Shown here piece by piece: positions 1-11,267 of a stretch of DNA of 32,000 nucleotides. The notes below the pieces were generated by a model. The model was not told where the DNA came from, did no database searches, and saw only the letters and a program-made list of their open reading frames with translations. The stretch comes from Wolbachia endosymbiont of Litomosoides sigmodontis (GTDB lineage: Bacteria > Pseudomonadota > Alphaproteobacteria > Rickettsiales > Anaplasmataceae): assembly GCF_013365435.1 (NCBI RefSeq), contig NZ_CP046577.1, positions 570,001 to 602,000 on the forward strand, in the 5' to 3' direction. Made by a program: the position numbers and the translations under genes. Each line of letters begins with the position of its first letter. Within the stretch, counting starts at the first letter, position 1.

Positions 1-101
1 TAAAGAGAAGGTTACTGTACAACAGTAAGCTAGAGAATAAATATAGTAGTCTATCATTGAATAACTTATTATAATTGTATTAGTTATTAATAGATAAAAA
101 C

Positions 102-1304
102 TTGGTAGATTACGAAGAAATATTCTTAAACAAAATCAAGAATATAAAAGAAGAAGGGCGCTATCGTGAATTTACGCATTTCGCATCATTGCCTGGCAGG
201 CTTCCATATATTATGGACTGTGAAAAAAGCAGGGAAGTTATCGTTTGGTGCAGTAATAACTATTTGGGGATGTCACAAAATGAGAATGTTGTTGCCGCTA
301 TTCAAAATTCGTCAATTGGTGCAGGAGGAACAAGAAACATATCAGGTACAACGAAAGAAGTGGTTGAACTCGAGCAATCACTAGCTTGTTTGCATAACAA
401 GGAAGCTGCTCTAACTTTTGCTTGTGGCTACCTTGCTAATCAAACTACACTTAGCACTTTATCGTCTATTATTCCTGATGTAGTAATCTTTTCAGATGAG
501 AAAAATCACTCTTCTATGATAGAAGGCATAAAGTCAGGAAAAAGACCGAAACATATATTTAAGCATAATAATGTTGACCATCTAAAACAGTTGTTAAAGT
601 CTGTAGACAAAAAAATACCAAAAATAATAGCGTTTGAGTCCATATATTCAATGGATGGCGATATAGCACCGCTGAGAGAAATATGTGATCTAGCAGATCA
701 ATATAATGCAATTACCTACTTGGATGAGGTACATGCAGTTGGCATGTATGGTCTACACGGTGGTGGAATTGCGGAAAAAGAAGGCCTAATAGACAGAGTG
801 ACTGTTATTCAAGGTACATTATCAAAAGCGTTTGGAGTAATGGGTGGGTATATAGCGTCTTCAAAGAGCTTAGTTGACGTAATAAGAAGTTCTGCTCCAG
901 GATTCATCTTCACCACTGCTATGTCGCCTGTTTTAGCAGCAGCAGCAAAAGCAAGCGTTGAGCATCTAAAGTCAAGCAACTTTGAAAGAGAAAAACAAAA
1001 ACAAGTTGTTAAAAAAGTAAAAAACTCGCTGAGCAATATGGGAATTAATTTTATTCCAACAGAAACTCATATAATTCCAATAATAATTGGCGATCCAGAA
1101 TTATCTAAAAGAGCATCAAAATTATTATTTGATGAGCATGGAATATATGTTCAACATATAAATTATCCGACAGTCCCAAAAGGAACTGAGCGTTTTCGCA
1201 TTACCCCTACACCTTATCATACCGATGAAATGATAGAACATTTAACAGAATCGCTTGTAAAAGTTTTTGTAAAATTGTCTATTTCTATAGCTTGTTCATG
1301 TTAG
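102..1304 (+). CDS. hemA: 5-aminolevulinate synthase (PLP-dependent alpha-oxoamine synthase family)
   Basis: 400-aa ORF with TTG start. ALAS-type N-terminus (..EGRYREF..), PLP-lysine context GTLSKAFG and EVHAVGMYG motif. Full length for the family. Confidence 0.9.
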   Translation: MVDYEEIFLNKIKNIKEEGRYREFTHFASLPGRLPYIMDCEKSREVIVWCSNNYLGMSQNENVVAAIQNSSIGAGGTRNISGTTKEVVELEQSLACLHNKEAALTFACGYLANQTTLSTLSSIIPDVVIFSDEKNHSSMIEGIKSGKRPKHIFKHNNVDHLKQLLKSVDKKIPKIIAFESIYSMDGDIAPLREICDLADQYNAITYLDEVHAVGMYGLHGGGIAEKEGLIDRVTVIQGTLSKAFGVMGGYIASSKSLVDVIRSSAPGFIFTTAMSPVLAAAAKASVEHLKSSNFEREKQKQVVKKVKNSLSNMGINFIPTETHIIPIIIGDPELSKRASKLLFDEHGIYVQHINYPTVPKGTERFRITPTPYHTDEMIEHLTESLVKVFVKLSISIACSC

Positions 1305-2006
1305 CTTAATATCCCCAGCAATAATGAATCCATTGTCTTCCGTTAATCTGCCAGCGCTTTCTTGAAGAAGAAATTTACCTAGCAAAGCCTTATATTTGTT
1401 AACTCCAGAGTAAACTATTCCACTGTATCTTCCTGCAGCAAGGTATGTAAAACCTAAAACTGTCGAGCCGACAGAGCGTATATTACTGTTACCTGGTAGT
1501 AATTTATTTAATAAATTACCACTTACATCTATTAAACCACCTTCACGATTCCTCATTCGCATTTTTATATGACGAGATTTAAAGTCTTCAAGAAAAGCTC
1601 CTTTCTTTTCTTCTGCCCAAAAAGTTTCTCTAAGAGCAGGAGTATCAATTACAGCTGCTACAACTTTATTTTTGTGAATAAGACAAACTGATATTGCAAA
1701 ATAAACCATACAACTAGAAAAATTCTCTCTACCCTCTATAGGCATGATAAACCAAGTACAATCCTTCTCCTTTATTTCTTGATCAGCATCATCCTCAAAG
1801 AGGAACCTATAATCTTGTTTATAATCGTGCAAGCAGTTGTATATAGTTTGCTTGGATCTTGAGTAAGTTTTATTGACAAAGTCTGCTGATTTAACATTGG
1901 AAATTTGCAATTCATTGAAATCACGCATAAGCTGCTTAGAAGCACTGCGTACAGAATCAAGCATCACATTAATCCTTGGTGATGAGATAGACATTTTTCC
2001 TCTCAC
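1296..2006 (-). CDS. suhB: SuhB / inositol monophosphatase family protein with degenerate active-site motifs
   Basis: 236-aa ORF whose start overlaps the efp stop by 4 nt. [22 protein letters not shown] and [14 protein letters not shown] match the SuhB/IMPase family. The DPxDGTxNF motif reads MPIEGRENF and WDxAAG reads YKALLG. Confidence 0.75.
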   Translation of the reverse strand: MRGKMSISSPRINVMLDSVRSASKQLMRDFNELQISNVKSADFVNKTYSRSKQTIYNCLHDYKQDYRFLFEDDADQEIKEKDCTWFIMPIEGRENFSSCMVYFAISVCLIHKNKVVAAVIDTPALRETFWAEEKKGAFLEDFKSRHIKMRMRNREGGLIDVSGNLLNKLLPGNSNIRSVGSTVLGFTYLAAGRYSGIVYSGVNKYKALLGKFLLQESAGRLTEDNGFIIAGDIKLT

Positions 2007-2569
2007 TCTTTCACTCTTTCATAATAGCTATCATCAGGAGTATATATTACAACTTTGTCCTCTTCTTTTATAAATTGAGGAACGTTAACACGCATTCCAT
2101 TTTCTAAAATTGCTGGTTTATAAGAGGAAGTAATAGTTTGCCCTTTAATAAAAGACTCTGTTTCTTTTACAGTTAATCTTACATAATCTGGCACATGCGC
2201 AAAGATCATTTTATCTTGGTAAGTTACTACCTTAATTTTCATATTATCCTGTAAATAAATTTTTTTTTCTCCCAATAAGTCCAAATTTACAGTGATTTGC
2301 TCGTAATTACTTAGATGCATAAGATTTACAATATTTCCTTCAGTAAAGAGATAAATATATTCCTCCTCATTTAAAATTGCTCTTCTAATTATTGCATTAG
2401 AACGGAATCTTTCATAAAGTTTCGCTCCGGTTTTGATGTTTTTTATTTCAGCTTGTATGTATGCACCACCTTTACCTGGTTGAGTATGCATGATACTTAC
2501 AACCAAAAATAATCCACCATTATGTTCCAATACTTGACCTGGCCTGATATCATTAGCTCTTTCTGCCAT
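2003..2569 (-). CDS. efp: translation elongation factor P
   Basis: 188 aa. N-terminal KOW-like domain with the conserved loop HTQPGKGGA, and typical EF-P length and three-domain layout. Confidence 0.95.
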   Translation of the reverse strand: MAERANDIRPGQVLEHNGGLFLVVSIMHTQPGKGGAYIQAEIKNIKTGAKLYERFRSNAIIRRAILNEEEYIYLFTEGNIVNLMHLSNYEQITVNLDLLGEKKIYLQDNMKIKVVTYQDKMIFAHVPDYVRLTVKETESFIKGQTITSSYKPAILENGMRVNVPQFIKEEDKVVIYTPDDSYYERVKE

Positions 2570-2631
2570 AATTACATTTTTAATTTGATTTAACGATTAT
2601 AAGTAACTTTTATATAAATAAAAAGCCTTTA

Positions 2632-3138
2632 TTAATCAATAAATTCCGGCATATTGAGCATAATATACCTCTCTTTTATATTTACATATGGAAATATCTC
2701 TTCAGTAAAGGAGAGCATAACATTCTCTTTTGTATTGATAACTAAAATTTCCAATATGTCTCCTGAACCGAAATTATATACAGATTTTATGTAGCCATAC
2801 AATTCATCATTTCTCAACCTTACTTCCATGTTTACAAGGTCACTTTGATAAAACTCATTCTCATCACTTAATTTTGGTAGTTTATTTCTTTCTACGTATA
2901 ATTTCTTATTTCTTAAAAGCTCTGCTTTATTACGAGAATTTACTCCACTTATTGTAGCGATTACTAAATTGTTACCTATGACAGAGACTGAGTCCATGTC
3001 ATAATTCTCACCACCAATTATTAATTTACCATACAATGAAATATTTTCAGGTTTTTCAGTAAAAGTTTTGACTTTAACAGCACCTTTAATCCCATGAGGA
3101 GAAGTAATAATTCCCATGCATACTAAATCTTCGTTCAT
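2632..3138 (-). CDS. rimM: 16S rRNA processing protein RimM
   Basis: 168 aa. GxIxxPHGIKGxVKV N-terminal signature ([19 protein letters not shown]) plus a PRC-barrel-like C-terminal half. Start is 1 nt after the argD stop (TAA-T-ATG). Confidence 0.85.
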   Translation of the reverse strand: MNEDLVCMGIITSPHGIKGAVKVKTFTEKPENISLYGKLIIGGENYDMDSVSVIGNNLVIATISGVNSRNKAELLRNKKLYVERNKLPKLSDENEFYQSDLVNMEVRLRNDELYGYIKSVYNFGSGDILEILVINTKENVMLSFTEEIFPYVNIKERYIMLNMPEFID

Positions 3139-3139
3139 A

Positions 3140-4321
3140 TTAATATGGATTGGAAGATTGCTCAGACAAATATTGAGTCAGAATCTTAATGCCCTCATCA
3201 ATTTCTTTTTTGGTGATAATGAGTGGAGGCAAAATCCTTACAACATTATCTGATGTTACTCCAACAGTAAGCAAGCCACGATGGCTTAGCTCGCTTGCAA
3301 ACTTTTGATTATCCATTTTCACTTTTATTCCAAGCATTAGCCCTTTCCCTCTTACTTCTTCTATCATTGAAAACCTATTTGCCAGGTTTTCTAGTTCATC
3401 TTTTAAATACCTACCACTAAGATCAACATTTTCTAGAAAACCAGGGCTGAGTACTTTATCAAGCACAGCATTGCCTACTGAAGTGGCAAGTGGATTACCA
3501 CCAAAAGTGGAACCATGAATGCCAATTGGCATATATCGCGCAGCCTTTTCAGTTGCAAGACAAACTCCTAGCGGAAAACCACCTCCTATCCCTTTTGCAA
3601 GAGCACATATATCAGGTTCCACTCCTACATGTTCGTATGCAAATAATTTCCCTGTTCTGCCAGTACCACATTGTATACAATCAAAAAATAGCAATATGTC
3701 ATTTTCATCACACAGCTTTCTTAGTCCTTTCATAAAGGCATCATTCATTACTTTGACACCACCTTGCCCTTGTATTGGTTCTATTAGCATTACTCCTATA
3801 TCATTAGAAATTGCTTTCTTTACGCTTTCGATATTGGGCTCGATGTTGTCACACCAGTCAATATATGGATTCAGCAATTCAGAAAATTTCCGTTTATCGT
3901 TTGTAGCACAAGTTAAGAATGTTCTCCCATGAAATGCGCCATGAAATGTTAAAATTCTATAGCGGTTTTTATTACCTTTTCCATTCTGGTAGACCCTAGC
4001 AATCTTCAGCCCGCATTCCACTGCTTCTGATCCAGAATTTACAAAAAATACAGTATCAGCGAAACTGTTATCTATTAATTTTTTCGCAAAATTATCAGCA
4101 ACAGGTATATTATAGGTATTTGATATATGCCATAGCTTTTTTCCTTGCGAATTAAGAGCGCTAATTAACTGCAAATTAGTGTGACCTAAGCTACTGACAG
4201 CTATCCCAGAATGAAAATCTACGTAGCGCTTACCCTCATTATCATATAAGTAAATACCTCTTCCACAAGAAAAATTTATATTAATACAAGAATAAACTGG
4301 CAAGGTAGGAGAAATTATCAT
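3140..4321 (-). CDS. argD: class-III PLP aminotransferase (acetylornithine / succinyldiaminopimelate aminotransferase type)
   Basis: 393 aa. Motifs [19 protein letters not shown] and PLP-lysine context [13 protein letters not shown] are typical of ArgD/DapC-type enzymes. Confidence 0.85.
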   Translation of the reverse strand: MIISPTLPVYSCININFSCGRGIYLYDNEGKRYVDFHSGIAVSSLGHTNLQLISALNSQGKKLWHISNTYNIPVADNFAKKLIDNSFADTVFFVNSGSEAVECGLKIARVYQNGKGNKNRYRILTFHGAFHGRTFLTCATNDKRKFSELLNPYIDWCDNIEPNIESVKKAISNDIGVMLIEPIQGQGGVKVMNDAFMKGLRKLCDENDILLFFDCIQCGTGRTGKLFAYEHVGVEPDICALAKGIGGGFPLGVCLATEKAARYMPIGIHGSTFGGNPLATSVGNAVLDKVLSPGFLENVDLSGRYLKDELENLANRFSMIEEVRGKGLMLGIKVKMDNQKFASELSHRGLLTVGVTSDNVVRILPPLIITKKEIDEGIKILTQYLSEQSSNPY

Positions 4322-4385
4322 AAAAGTATGGTATGCTAAATTTTAATTAATAGCATAAAAGCCGTCATTCCACAATGAGAAGGAT

Positions 4386-5813
4386 ATGTATAAGATAAGT
4401 AAATTAATACTTTCTACACTAAGGAAAAATAAATATACAAAAGTTATTATATTACTCTCATTAATCTTTGTGATTTTATGCAGCGTAATATATTGTAATT
4501 ATTTGCTAAAGGATAATTTTTTTTCTTCTTATCGTGATTCAAGTGTAAGCTTAAAAAGCATACTAGAAAATAGCATACTAAAAAAGTACCATTACTTACT
4601 AATAGAAAAACACCACACAAAACACAAAAGCTTTGATTATATAAACCAATTAGTAAAACTACGTGCTGAATTGTTACAGTCAGTTAGCGAAGTGAAGGAT
4701 CTAAGCTTAATACTATATGATCAAAATAGCAGAATAATATTCAGTAACTTTAATACTCAAAGTCATAATTATGAACAGTTACTTACAAACGATGAAATCG
4801 ATAAATTACTAAATAGTCAAGAGATATTTTACACTATAGGACATACACTAATTTCTATTTTCCCAATACTTCACGAAAATGATACTAAGCCATCTTTTTT
4901 TTTGAAGATTATTCAAAATTACGACAATTTTTACGTTATGGTGTATAGCCTGTTTTTAACGTTTTTAGGATTATTATTAGTAATCTTAATATCAATAATG
5001 TTTTACTTACATTTTTTTAATACTCAAATGCTAGTCAAGCAACACAAAACTAATATTGAATTACAGCAAATGAAAGAAGCACTAGAGCAAGAGAATGCAA
5101 ATAAGCTAAAGTTTTTTGCAAGTGTCACACATGAGCTACGCACACCTCTTAACGCTATTATTGGATTTGCGGAACTGATTAAAAATGAAACCTTAGGATC
5201 GATGAACAACTCTCAATATAAGGAATACGTGAACGATATATATAATGCAGGAACACACTTACTTACTTTAATTAATGACGTGTTAGATTTTTCAAAAGCT
5301 GAATCAAGTAGTTTAACAGTAGAAAAGGTGAAATTCAACCTGAACAGGATTATAGACTCGTGCTTAAATATGCTGTCACCAAGATTAAAAGAAACCGGGA
5401 TTAGTCTAGAGAAAGAGGTACCTAATAAACAATTATTAATTATTGCAGATCCCAAGAGAATGAAACAAGTTATAATAAATTTACTATCAAATTCGATCAA
5501 ATTTACCCCCAAGGATGGTTTAATAAGAATGGTGATTAAAGAAAATATAGAAAAAAACTTATTAACTGTTGAATTTCATGACAATGGAATAGGAATAATG
5601 CAACAAGACATATATAAAGTTATGTCTGTTTTTGGCCAAGCAGATTCAGGATATAGAAACGAAGGTACTGGTATTGGACTACCACTTAGCAAAAAATTAG
5701 TAGAGTTAATGGGTGGCACTTTCAATATCAAAAGCGAAGCAAAACTTGGTACTACGATAACGTTAAACTTCTTTTATGAAGAGCAAACATGTGAAGACCT
5801 GATTGATTTTTAA
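4386..5813 (+). CDS. membrane sensor histidine kinase (PleC-like, no receiver domain)
   Basis: 475 aa. Two TM segments flank a ~150-aa extracytoplasmic region. H-box FFASVTHELRTPLNAIIGF, N-box NLLSNSIKFTP, G1 DNGIGI, G2 GTGIGLPLSKKLVELMGG. SD GAGAAGGA lies before the ATG. No response regulator is adjacent. Confidence 0.9.
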   Translation: MYKISKLILSTLRKNKYTKVIILLSLIFVILCSVIYCNYLLKDNFFSSYRDSSVSLKSILENSILKKYHYLLIEKHHTKHKSFDYINQLVKLRAELLQSVSEVKDLSLILYDQNSRIIFSNFNTQSHNYEQLLTNDEIDKLLNSQEIFYTIGHTLISIFPILHENDTKPSFFLKIIQNYDNFYVMVYSLFLTFLGLLLVILISIMFYLHFFNTQMLVKQHKTNIELQQMKEALEQENANKLKFFASVTHELRTPLNAIIGFAELIKNETLGSMNNSQYKEYVNDIYNAGTHLLTLINDVLDFSKAESSSLTVEKVKFNLNRIIDSCLNMLSPRLKETGISLEKEVPNKQLLIIADPKRMKQVIINLLSNSIKFTPKDGLIRMVIKENIEKNLLTVEFHDNGIGIMQQDIYKVMSVFGQADSGYRNEGTGIGLPLSKKLVELMGGTFNIKSEAKLGTTITLNFFYEEQTCEDLIDF

Positions 5814-5872
5814 CTAGAATTCTTGAAAATTTTAACTACAACTTATTATAAGTATAATTAACGGAGGAAAAT

Positions 5873-6340
5873 ATGGAATTGGTAGTAGGAAATAGTGCAC
5901 CAAACTTTAATTTTTTAACAGATTCTGGTGAAAATTTATCATTGAGTGATTTTCTCGATAAAAAAAATGTCGTTCTTTATTTTTATCCTAAAGACGATAC
6001 TCCAGGTTGTACGCTGGAAGCAAAAGGCTTTAGAGATAAAATAAACGATTTTTCTTCTCTTGATACAGCAATAATTGGTGTATCAAGAGACAGCATTAAG
6101 TGCCACACTAACTTTAAAGCAAAATATTCTCTACCATTTTACTTAGTTTCTGACGAAAATGCTGAAATTTCGGAGAAATATGGTGTTTTGGTAGAAAAGA
6201 GTATCTTTGGCAAAAAGTATATGGGAATAGAACGCACTACTTTTTTAATGGATAAAAAAAATAAAATAGTGAGAATCTGGAAGGGCGTAAAAGTTAGTGG
6301 GCATGTTAATGAAGTCTTGGAAGAAGTAAAGAAAATATAA
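5873..6340 (+). CDS. bcp: thiol peroxidase / peroxiredoxin Bcp
   Basis: 155 aa. Peroxidatic-Cys motif PKDDTPGCTLEA, AhpC/TSA-size protein, strong SD (GGAGGA) 5 nt upstream. Confidence 0.9.
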   Translation: MELVVGNSAPNFNFLTDSGENLSLSDFLDKKNVVLYFYPKDDTPGCTLEAKGFRDKINDFSSLDTAIIGVSRDSIKCHTNFKAKYSLPFYLVSDENAEISEKYGVLVEKSIFGKKYMGIERTTFLMDKKNKIVRIWKGVKVSGHVNEVLEEVKKI

Positions 6341-6607
6341 ATCAAAGAATAGGCTAATGGTTACCCATTGCTTATAAAAAGTTAAAATTAAGTAGTTTTT
6401 GCAACTGCTCAAACTCTATAATAGATTCAGTAATGAATACTGGATAATGTACTGTGATTTTTTTCTCTGGAGCAGACCTTAACTCAATCTGTATTGCAAA
6501 AAGCTTTAATAAGCAGCTGATATGCAAGATGCAGGAAAGCGAAATGCAAGCAAAATAGACTATTAAGGGAAAACATTTTAACGAAAATTAGCTTGCTAGC
6601 CTTAAGA

Positions 6608-7212
6608 ATACCATAGCTGTTAATGCAGTTAATATCTTATACCAACTCTCACTATTAGTGAGTCAAAAAGGCTTCTCTTGTTCTTAAAATATTGTGATAT
6701 TTATTCCAGAAATATATTTTTATACAATGTATGCCAACCTGTAATTCATTAAAAAAATGACTCTTATTCAGAATACTCACCTAATATAGTCTCATTATGA
6801 ATTAGTCTTCACGTAATACACGTGAACTTCATTTTTACATATTTACAATGTACTATAGGCTTGCTGATATTTAACTAAATTTTTCCTAAATTCTTATTCT
6901 CATTAATAACAACAATATCAGGGGCTCTCTTAATCCATGCTTTAACTTGTCCAGATTTACTCTGATTCAATCTAGTTTTTCTATGACATTAAGGTAGAGT
7001 AAATAATTTTACTTCTCTCACAAATTCTACGTGCTTATATCCATTGTACTTTTTTTCGCAATTACAGCATTTAGTTTTTTTGTAACATATGGCGTTATTT
7101 TACACTCCTTCAGCACTTGTTTTACTAAGCTTACGACCTTTCATCTAATAATAAAGCTTTACATCACATTCTTCAATGAAAATACTATATTGTACAGCAA
7201 TCTTGGCAATCC
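6608..7212 (-). mobile_element. decayed IS630-family element, copy A (transposase pseudogene, internally deleted)
   Basis: The reverse complement aligns by eye with copies B-E, e.g. ...aaaaaaactaaatgctgtaattg..., ...gtgtattacgtgaagactaattcataatgag... and the gaagcc/ttaagaaca block. Many stops in all frames. Boundaries approximate. Confidence 0.6.
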
Positions 7213-7577
7213 AAACACTAAACAACACCGGGCAGTTATTCAGACTATTTAACTAAAGCAATGCACATAGACATATTTTATTTTGAAAACATACCAAGGA
7301 TTTTATCTATTATTCCACGTACATTTATTTCAGATTGAATATATTATATTTTACCACTATTTGAAATTAATTTGATGCCTGACCTAGGTAATATATTAAC
7401 AAACTTACTAACGATAACTCCACTGCCAGTGATCAGGGCAAAGCTGTATATCTTATAATAATCCTTATAGTTTTTTTATGTTAGATAGTTTATTGATAAC
7501 AAAGAAAGCCAGCAAAATAGTGAAAATTAATACAAATAATCCAGTAACTATTTCAAGTATATTTGATCTTCACATCC

Positions 7578-7892
7578 TTAGTTATTAGGATTCCATCTTT
7601 CATAATAATTCTTGACTTTTTGGTTTGGGTAATATGCATCCTTTGTACCAGTTAAATTGGGAATATGCTTTAATTTTCTTTTTTTACTATTAATTGGCAC
7701 TGCATCATCAGTGTAGTGAAGCCATATATGCCATTCAGGTGGCACTGTCGTGGGTTCAGAGACACTACTATATATAACCCACCTTTTCCCTTCACTTGAT
7801 TCATAGTAAGAATTCCCATTCTCATCTTTTCCTACAAATTTACCTTCCTTTCGTAGCAGGCGTTTTATTGCATTACAAATTTTAAATAACAT
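7578..7892 (-). CDS. NDUFA12 (B17.2)-family complex I accessory protein homologue
   Basis: 104 aa. The pattern GKDENGNSYYES..RWVIY..PPEWHIWLHYT is characteristic of the NDUFA12 family found in alpha-proteobacteria. Confidence 0.8.
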   Translation of the reverse strand: MLFKICNAIKRLLRKEGKFVGKDENGNSYYESSEGKRWVIYSSVSEPTTVPPEWHIWLHYTDDAVPINSKKRKLKHIPNLTGTKDAYYPNQKVKNYYERWNPNN

Positions 7893-7931
7893 AAGGGTGT
7901 TAAAACAAAAAGTATTATATATACTAATACT

Positions 7932-7946
7932 TTAACAGCTTATTAA
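7932..7946. promoter_or_regulatory. TTAA-N7-TTAA(C) CtrA-type box in the ndufa12-like/mrpD divergent intergenic region
   Basis: Sequence ttaaCAGCTTAttaaC read directly. It lies 40-54 nt upstream of the minus-strand ndufa12-like start. The motif is expected by chance fairly often in AT-rich DNA. Confidence 0.25.
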
Positions 7947-7956
7947 CAATAACCCA

Positions 7957-9423
7957 ATGCAATTACCAATTTTACAAGTTATTATACCAATAATTGCATC
8001 GATGCTTTGTTTTCTTACTAGAAAACACAAAGTATCCTGGTTTATTTCTTTTACTACAACAATAATCACCCTCTTTATTTCATCGGTATTACTCATAAAA
8101 ACATACAACGGTGAAGCCATAACTTATCACCTTGGAAATTGGGCTCCTCCATACGGAATAGAGTTAAGAATTGATGTATTAAATTCCTTAATTCTAACCC
8201 TTGTAAACTTTGTAGCTTTGATAAGTGTGTTCTATAGCTTTTACATTAACGAAAAAGAGATTAGCAAAAACAAAATCACAAATTTTTATTCTTTATTTCT
8301 ATTGTGCTTAAGCGGATTACTTGGGATTTTAGTAACAAACGATATATTCAATCTCTATGTTTTTCTGGAAATTTCATCTCTTTCGTCTTACGTGTTAGTT
8401 TCAACGGGAAAGGATAAAAAAGCCCTGGTTGCAGCATTTGAATATCTGATTAGTGGAACAATAGGTGTAACATTTTACTTATTTGGTATCGGACTTTTAT
8501 ATTCTATGACAGGAACGCTCAATATGTCTGACATGGCTGAAAGAATAGTGCCGTTATATGATAACGGCATCATAAAACTTGGCACATTGTTTATTTTTGT
8601 TGGTCTCTCAACCAAGATGGCACTATTTCCATTAAGCAGATGGTTAGTTAATTCATGCAGTGAGGCACCAAGTTTCATCAGCATATTCTTTTCAGGTACA
8701 GTGACTAAAGTAATGATATATGTTTTTATCAGAATCTTTTACACCGTCTTTCACCAAAACTTCTTCTTGCTCAAATTACCATTAAGCAACGTGATAATTA
8801 TTCTTGCACTTTGCGCTATTATATCTGGGTCAATTTTTGCAATAACTGCAAAAGACATGAGAAGACTATTTGCTCACTCTAGTGTTAGCCAGATTGGTTA
8901 TATAATTTTAGTGCTGAGCTTAAACTCAAAAATAGGTTTATCTGCAGCAATTCTCCACATAATAAACCACAGTATAATAAAAACATCCTTATTCATGGTT
9001 GCAGGATGTATTTCTTATAAATTTGATACGACAAAAATAGAGAACTTATCAGGACTTAAGAAATCAATGCCTTATACAGCGTTTGCGTTTACTCTACTCA
9101 GCTTAGCACTAGTAGGTGTACCTTTAACAAACGGTTTTATAAGCAAGTGGTATATAATAAATGTAATTATTGAATCTCATGCACAGATTTCTCTTATAGT
9201 TTTTGCTGTCAGTTCTTTTCTTGCATTGATATATATGTGGAAGGCAGTTGAGAAAATGTATTTTGAAAGCAATGCAGTGTCACACACTGAGATGACATCT
9301 GGCAAAATCAATGATGTACCATTCTCTATGCTTTTCTGCCCACTATTTATGGCAGCTTTAACGTTAATAATTGGAGTATACAGTAATCCAATTCGTCTAT
9401 TAATTGAAAAGTTGAGTTTTTAA
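7957..9423 (+). CDS. mrpD: Mrp/Mnh-type cation:proton antiporter subunit D (NuoL/M/N-like)
   Basis: 488 aa, about 14 predicted TM helices. Sequence pattern of the proton-conducting membrane transporter family (..SSVSQIGYIIL.., ..HIINHSIIKTSLFM..). Confidence 0.85.
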   Translation: MQLPILQVIIPIIASMLCFLTRKHKVSWFISFTTTIITLFISSVLLIKTYNGEAITYHLGNWAPPYGIELRIDVLNSLILTLVNFVALISVFYSFYINEKEISKNKITNFYSLFLLCLSGLLGILVTNDIFNLYVFLEISSLSSYVLVSTGKDKKALVAAFEYLISGTIGVTFYLFGIGLLYSMTGTLNMSDMAERIVPLYDNGIIKLGTLFIFVGLSTKMALFPLSRWLVNSCSEAPSFISIFFSGTVTKVMIYVFIRIFYTVFHQNFFLLKLPLSNVIIILALCAIISGSIFAITAKDMRRLFAHSSVSQIGYIILVLSLNSKIGLSAAILHIINHSIIKTSLFMVAGCISYKFDTTKIENLSGLKKSMPYTAFAFTLLSLALVGVPLTNGFISKWYIINVIIESHAQISLIVFAVSSFLALIYMWKAVEKMYFESNAVSHTEMTSGKINDVPFSMLFCPLFMAALTLIIGVYSNPIRLLIEKLSF

Positions 9424-9473
9424 ATCTCCATTTTTTATATTTTACTATACTTCAAAGTCATAAGATTTGTGTT

Positions 9474-10556
9474 GTGAATAGACTAAAAAAAAATTACTGG
9501 TTATTAGTCATTAACGTAATAGCTCTGTTTTGCATTGGTATAGTTATTCAATATTCCTCTGCTGGAGGAAAGTGGGAGCCATTTGCAATTCATCAGCTAG
9601 TCATATTTTTCTTCTTTTTCTTACTAGCCATAGCTATGTCACTCATGGAGTTAGATTTCTATTTGAAGCACGCTTATTTTTTTTTTATTGCAGCAGTGAT
9701 TTCGCTACTAGTAGTAAATTTTTCAGGCTTGCACACAATGGGTGTGACAAGATGGATAAGAATTGGACCAATTAGTTTACAACCATCAGAATTTACAAAA
9801 GTAAGTTTAATACTTGCTCTTGCTCGTTACTTTGATAAGCAAAGTGTGTATAAAATGATGGAATTCCAAAGACTGCTTAAAGCAGTGATAATTATTTTCT
9901 TACCCGTATTCTTGGTATTAAAACAACCTAACTTAGGCACAGCTGTAATAATATTACTCATAGGGGCATCAATTATATTCACAGCAATAATAAAAAGAGC
10001 TCATTTAATAATCTGTGGAATAATTAGCATTCTTGTAATACCAGCTATTTGGCCTTCTTTGCGCTCTTACCATAAGCAAAGGATATTATCATTTTTAGAT
10101 TCATCAGTAGACCCGCTTGGAATAGGTTATAATGCACAGCAATCTCAAATAGCTATTGGTTCAGGAGGTCTATTTGGTAAGAGCTTTGTTAGCGGAAGTC
10201 AAACTCAACTCGGATTTTTGCCAGAAAAACACACAGATTTCGCTTTTGCAGTGCTTAGCGAGGAATGGGGTTTTTTAGGTAGTATGGCTTTGATTATACT
10301 ATATACTACATTACTTGCTATAATATTCTCTATTGCCTATAGGTCAAAAAACTATTCTTCCAAGTTAGTATCTATTGGAATTTTTACTTTTTTCGGTGCT
10401 CACTTCTTTATAAACATCGGGATGACAATAGGACTTTTGCCTGTAATAGGAGACCCATTGCCATTCTTATCTTATGGAGGAAGTACAACTGCTGCAAGCT
10501 TAATATGTATAGGGTTATTACTCAGCTCTGTAGCTTCTATAAAGGACTTTAACTAA
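9474..10556 (+). CDS. rodA: SEDS-family peptidoglycan glycosyltransferase RodA
   Basis: 360 aa, GTG start, ~10 TM. LQPSEFTK and DPLGIGYNAQQSQIAIGSGGLFGKSF..GSQTQLGFLPEKHTDFAFAVLSEEWGF match RodA better than FtsW. Confidence 0.8.
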   Translation: MNRLKKNYWLLVINVIALFCIGIVIQYSSAGGKWEPFAIHQLVIFFFFFLLAIAMSLMELDFYLKHAYFFFIAAVISLLVVNFSGLHTMGVTRWIRIGPISLQPSEFTKVSLILALARYFDKQSVYKMMEFQRLLKAVIIIFLPVFLVLKQPNLGTAVIILLIGASIIFTAIIKRAHLIICGIISILVIPAIWPSLRSYHKQRILSFLDSSVDPLGIGYNAQQSQIAIGSGGLFGKSFVSGSQTQLGFLPEKHTDFAFAVLSEEWGFLGSMALIILYTTLLAIIFSIAYRSKNYSSKLVSIGIFTFFGAHFFINIGMTIGLLPVIGDPLPFLSYGGSTTAASLICIGLLLSSVASIKDFN

Positions 10557-10721
10557 GTTTTAAGATTGCATCTATAGAAAGGCCCATAGTTTGAGATGTA
10601 ATATCAATTGATACCCGCTTTAAGTAGATTCTTTGCTACCTTAAATTTTTCCTTATTCCTACAATTTTTCTCACCAATTTTTATACCTTTATCTCTTACT
10701 CACAAGCTATAAATTCTTTTT

Positions 10722-11245
10722 CTGACTAATCCCAACCCTGTACAAGGAACGAGTAGATAGTAACGAGGAAAAAGCCTTACTGAAGCAAGTAAAATAGCAA
10801 AGTTTAAACAACGCTGAGATCAAAATTATTAAATAAAAAGTCGTGAATCAGTAAAAGAAATCCTGAAGAAAGTGCAAATGAGAAAAAGCACAGTATAACA
10901 GCCATAGCAAAAAATATGTTTCATTTCAAGAACAGCACTAACTGTATGGGTAAAACACTAAAACTTAGAAGAGAAGAAAAATTGTTTACTCTCCCGTAAC
11001 GTCATAGAAAAATTAATCATCAAGTCTACAGTATACCGTAAAAAGTAAAATTAAGTATACAGAGAACTTTTATCTCTCAGTGTAGTTATTCCTAGATATG
11101 GAGAAAGTTCTAGCTTATTTACACTGAGAATGTCAATATCGATTATATGAATATATTTCTCGAATAAATATCATAATATTTAAGAACATGAAAAGCCTTC
11201 TCAAACACCCATTATGGTACTTAAAACTTTATGTTCTTTATTCGA
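10722..11245 (+). mobile_element. decayed IS630-family element, copy B (truncated, internally deleted)
   Basis: The left end actaatcccaaccctgtacaaggaac matches the terminal repeat seen in the other copies. HTH-coding block ...gcaaaaaatatgtttcatttcaagaacagcactaactg... and ...gattatatgaatatatttctcgaataaat... both align with copy C. No open frame. Confidence 0.6.
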
Positions 11246-11267
11246 CTCTTGCCAGTAATAGAGAATA

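Noticed and set aside
2580-2593. TTAA-TTTGAT-TTAA upstream of efp, which resembles a CtrA box.
   Set aside because: The spacer is 6 nt, not 7, so it does not meet the TTAA-N7-TTAA definition. I kept only exact-spacing matches.
7031-7252. ORFs 7031-7252 (+), 15775-15966 (-) and 26533-26718 (+) in the long intergenic regions.
   Set aside because: All fall within the decayed IS630 copies (A, C, E). They are chance open stretches, or fragments of or antisense to the broken transposase frame, not independent genes.
7465-7560. Hydrophobic mini-ORF (..EIVTGLFVLIFTILLAFFVINKLSNIKKL) on the minus strand just downstream of the ndufa12-like gene.
   Set aside because: There is no ATG/GTG/TTG start or SD ahead of the hydrophobic stretch, because the frame opens right after a TGA. 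I cannot support it as a gene.
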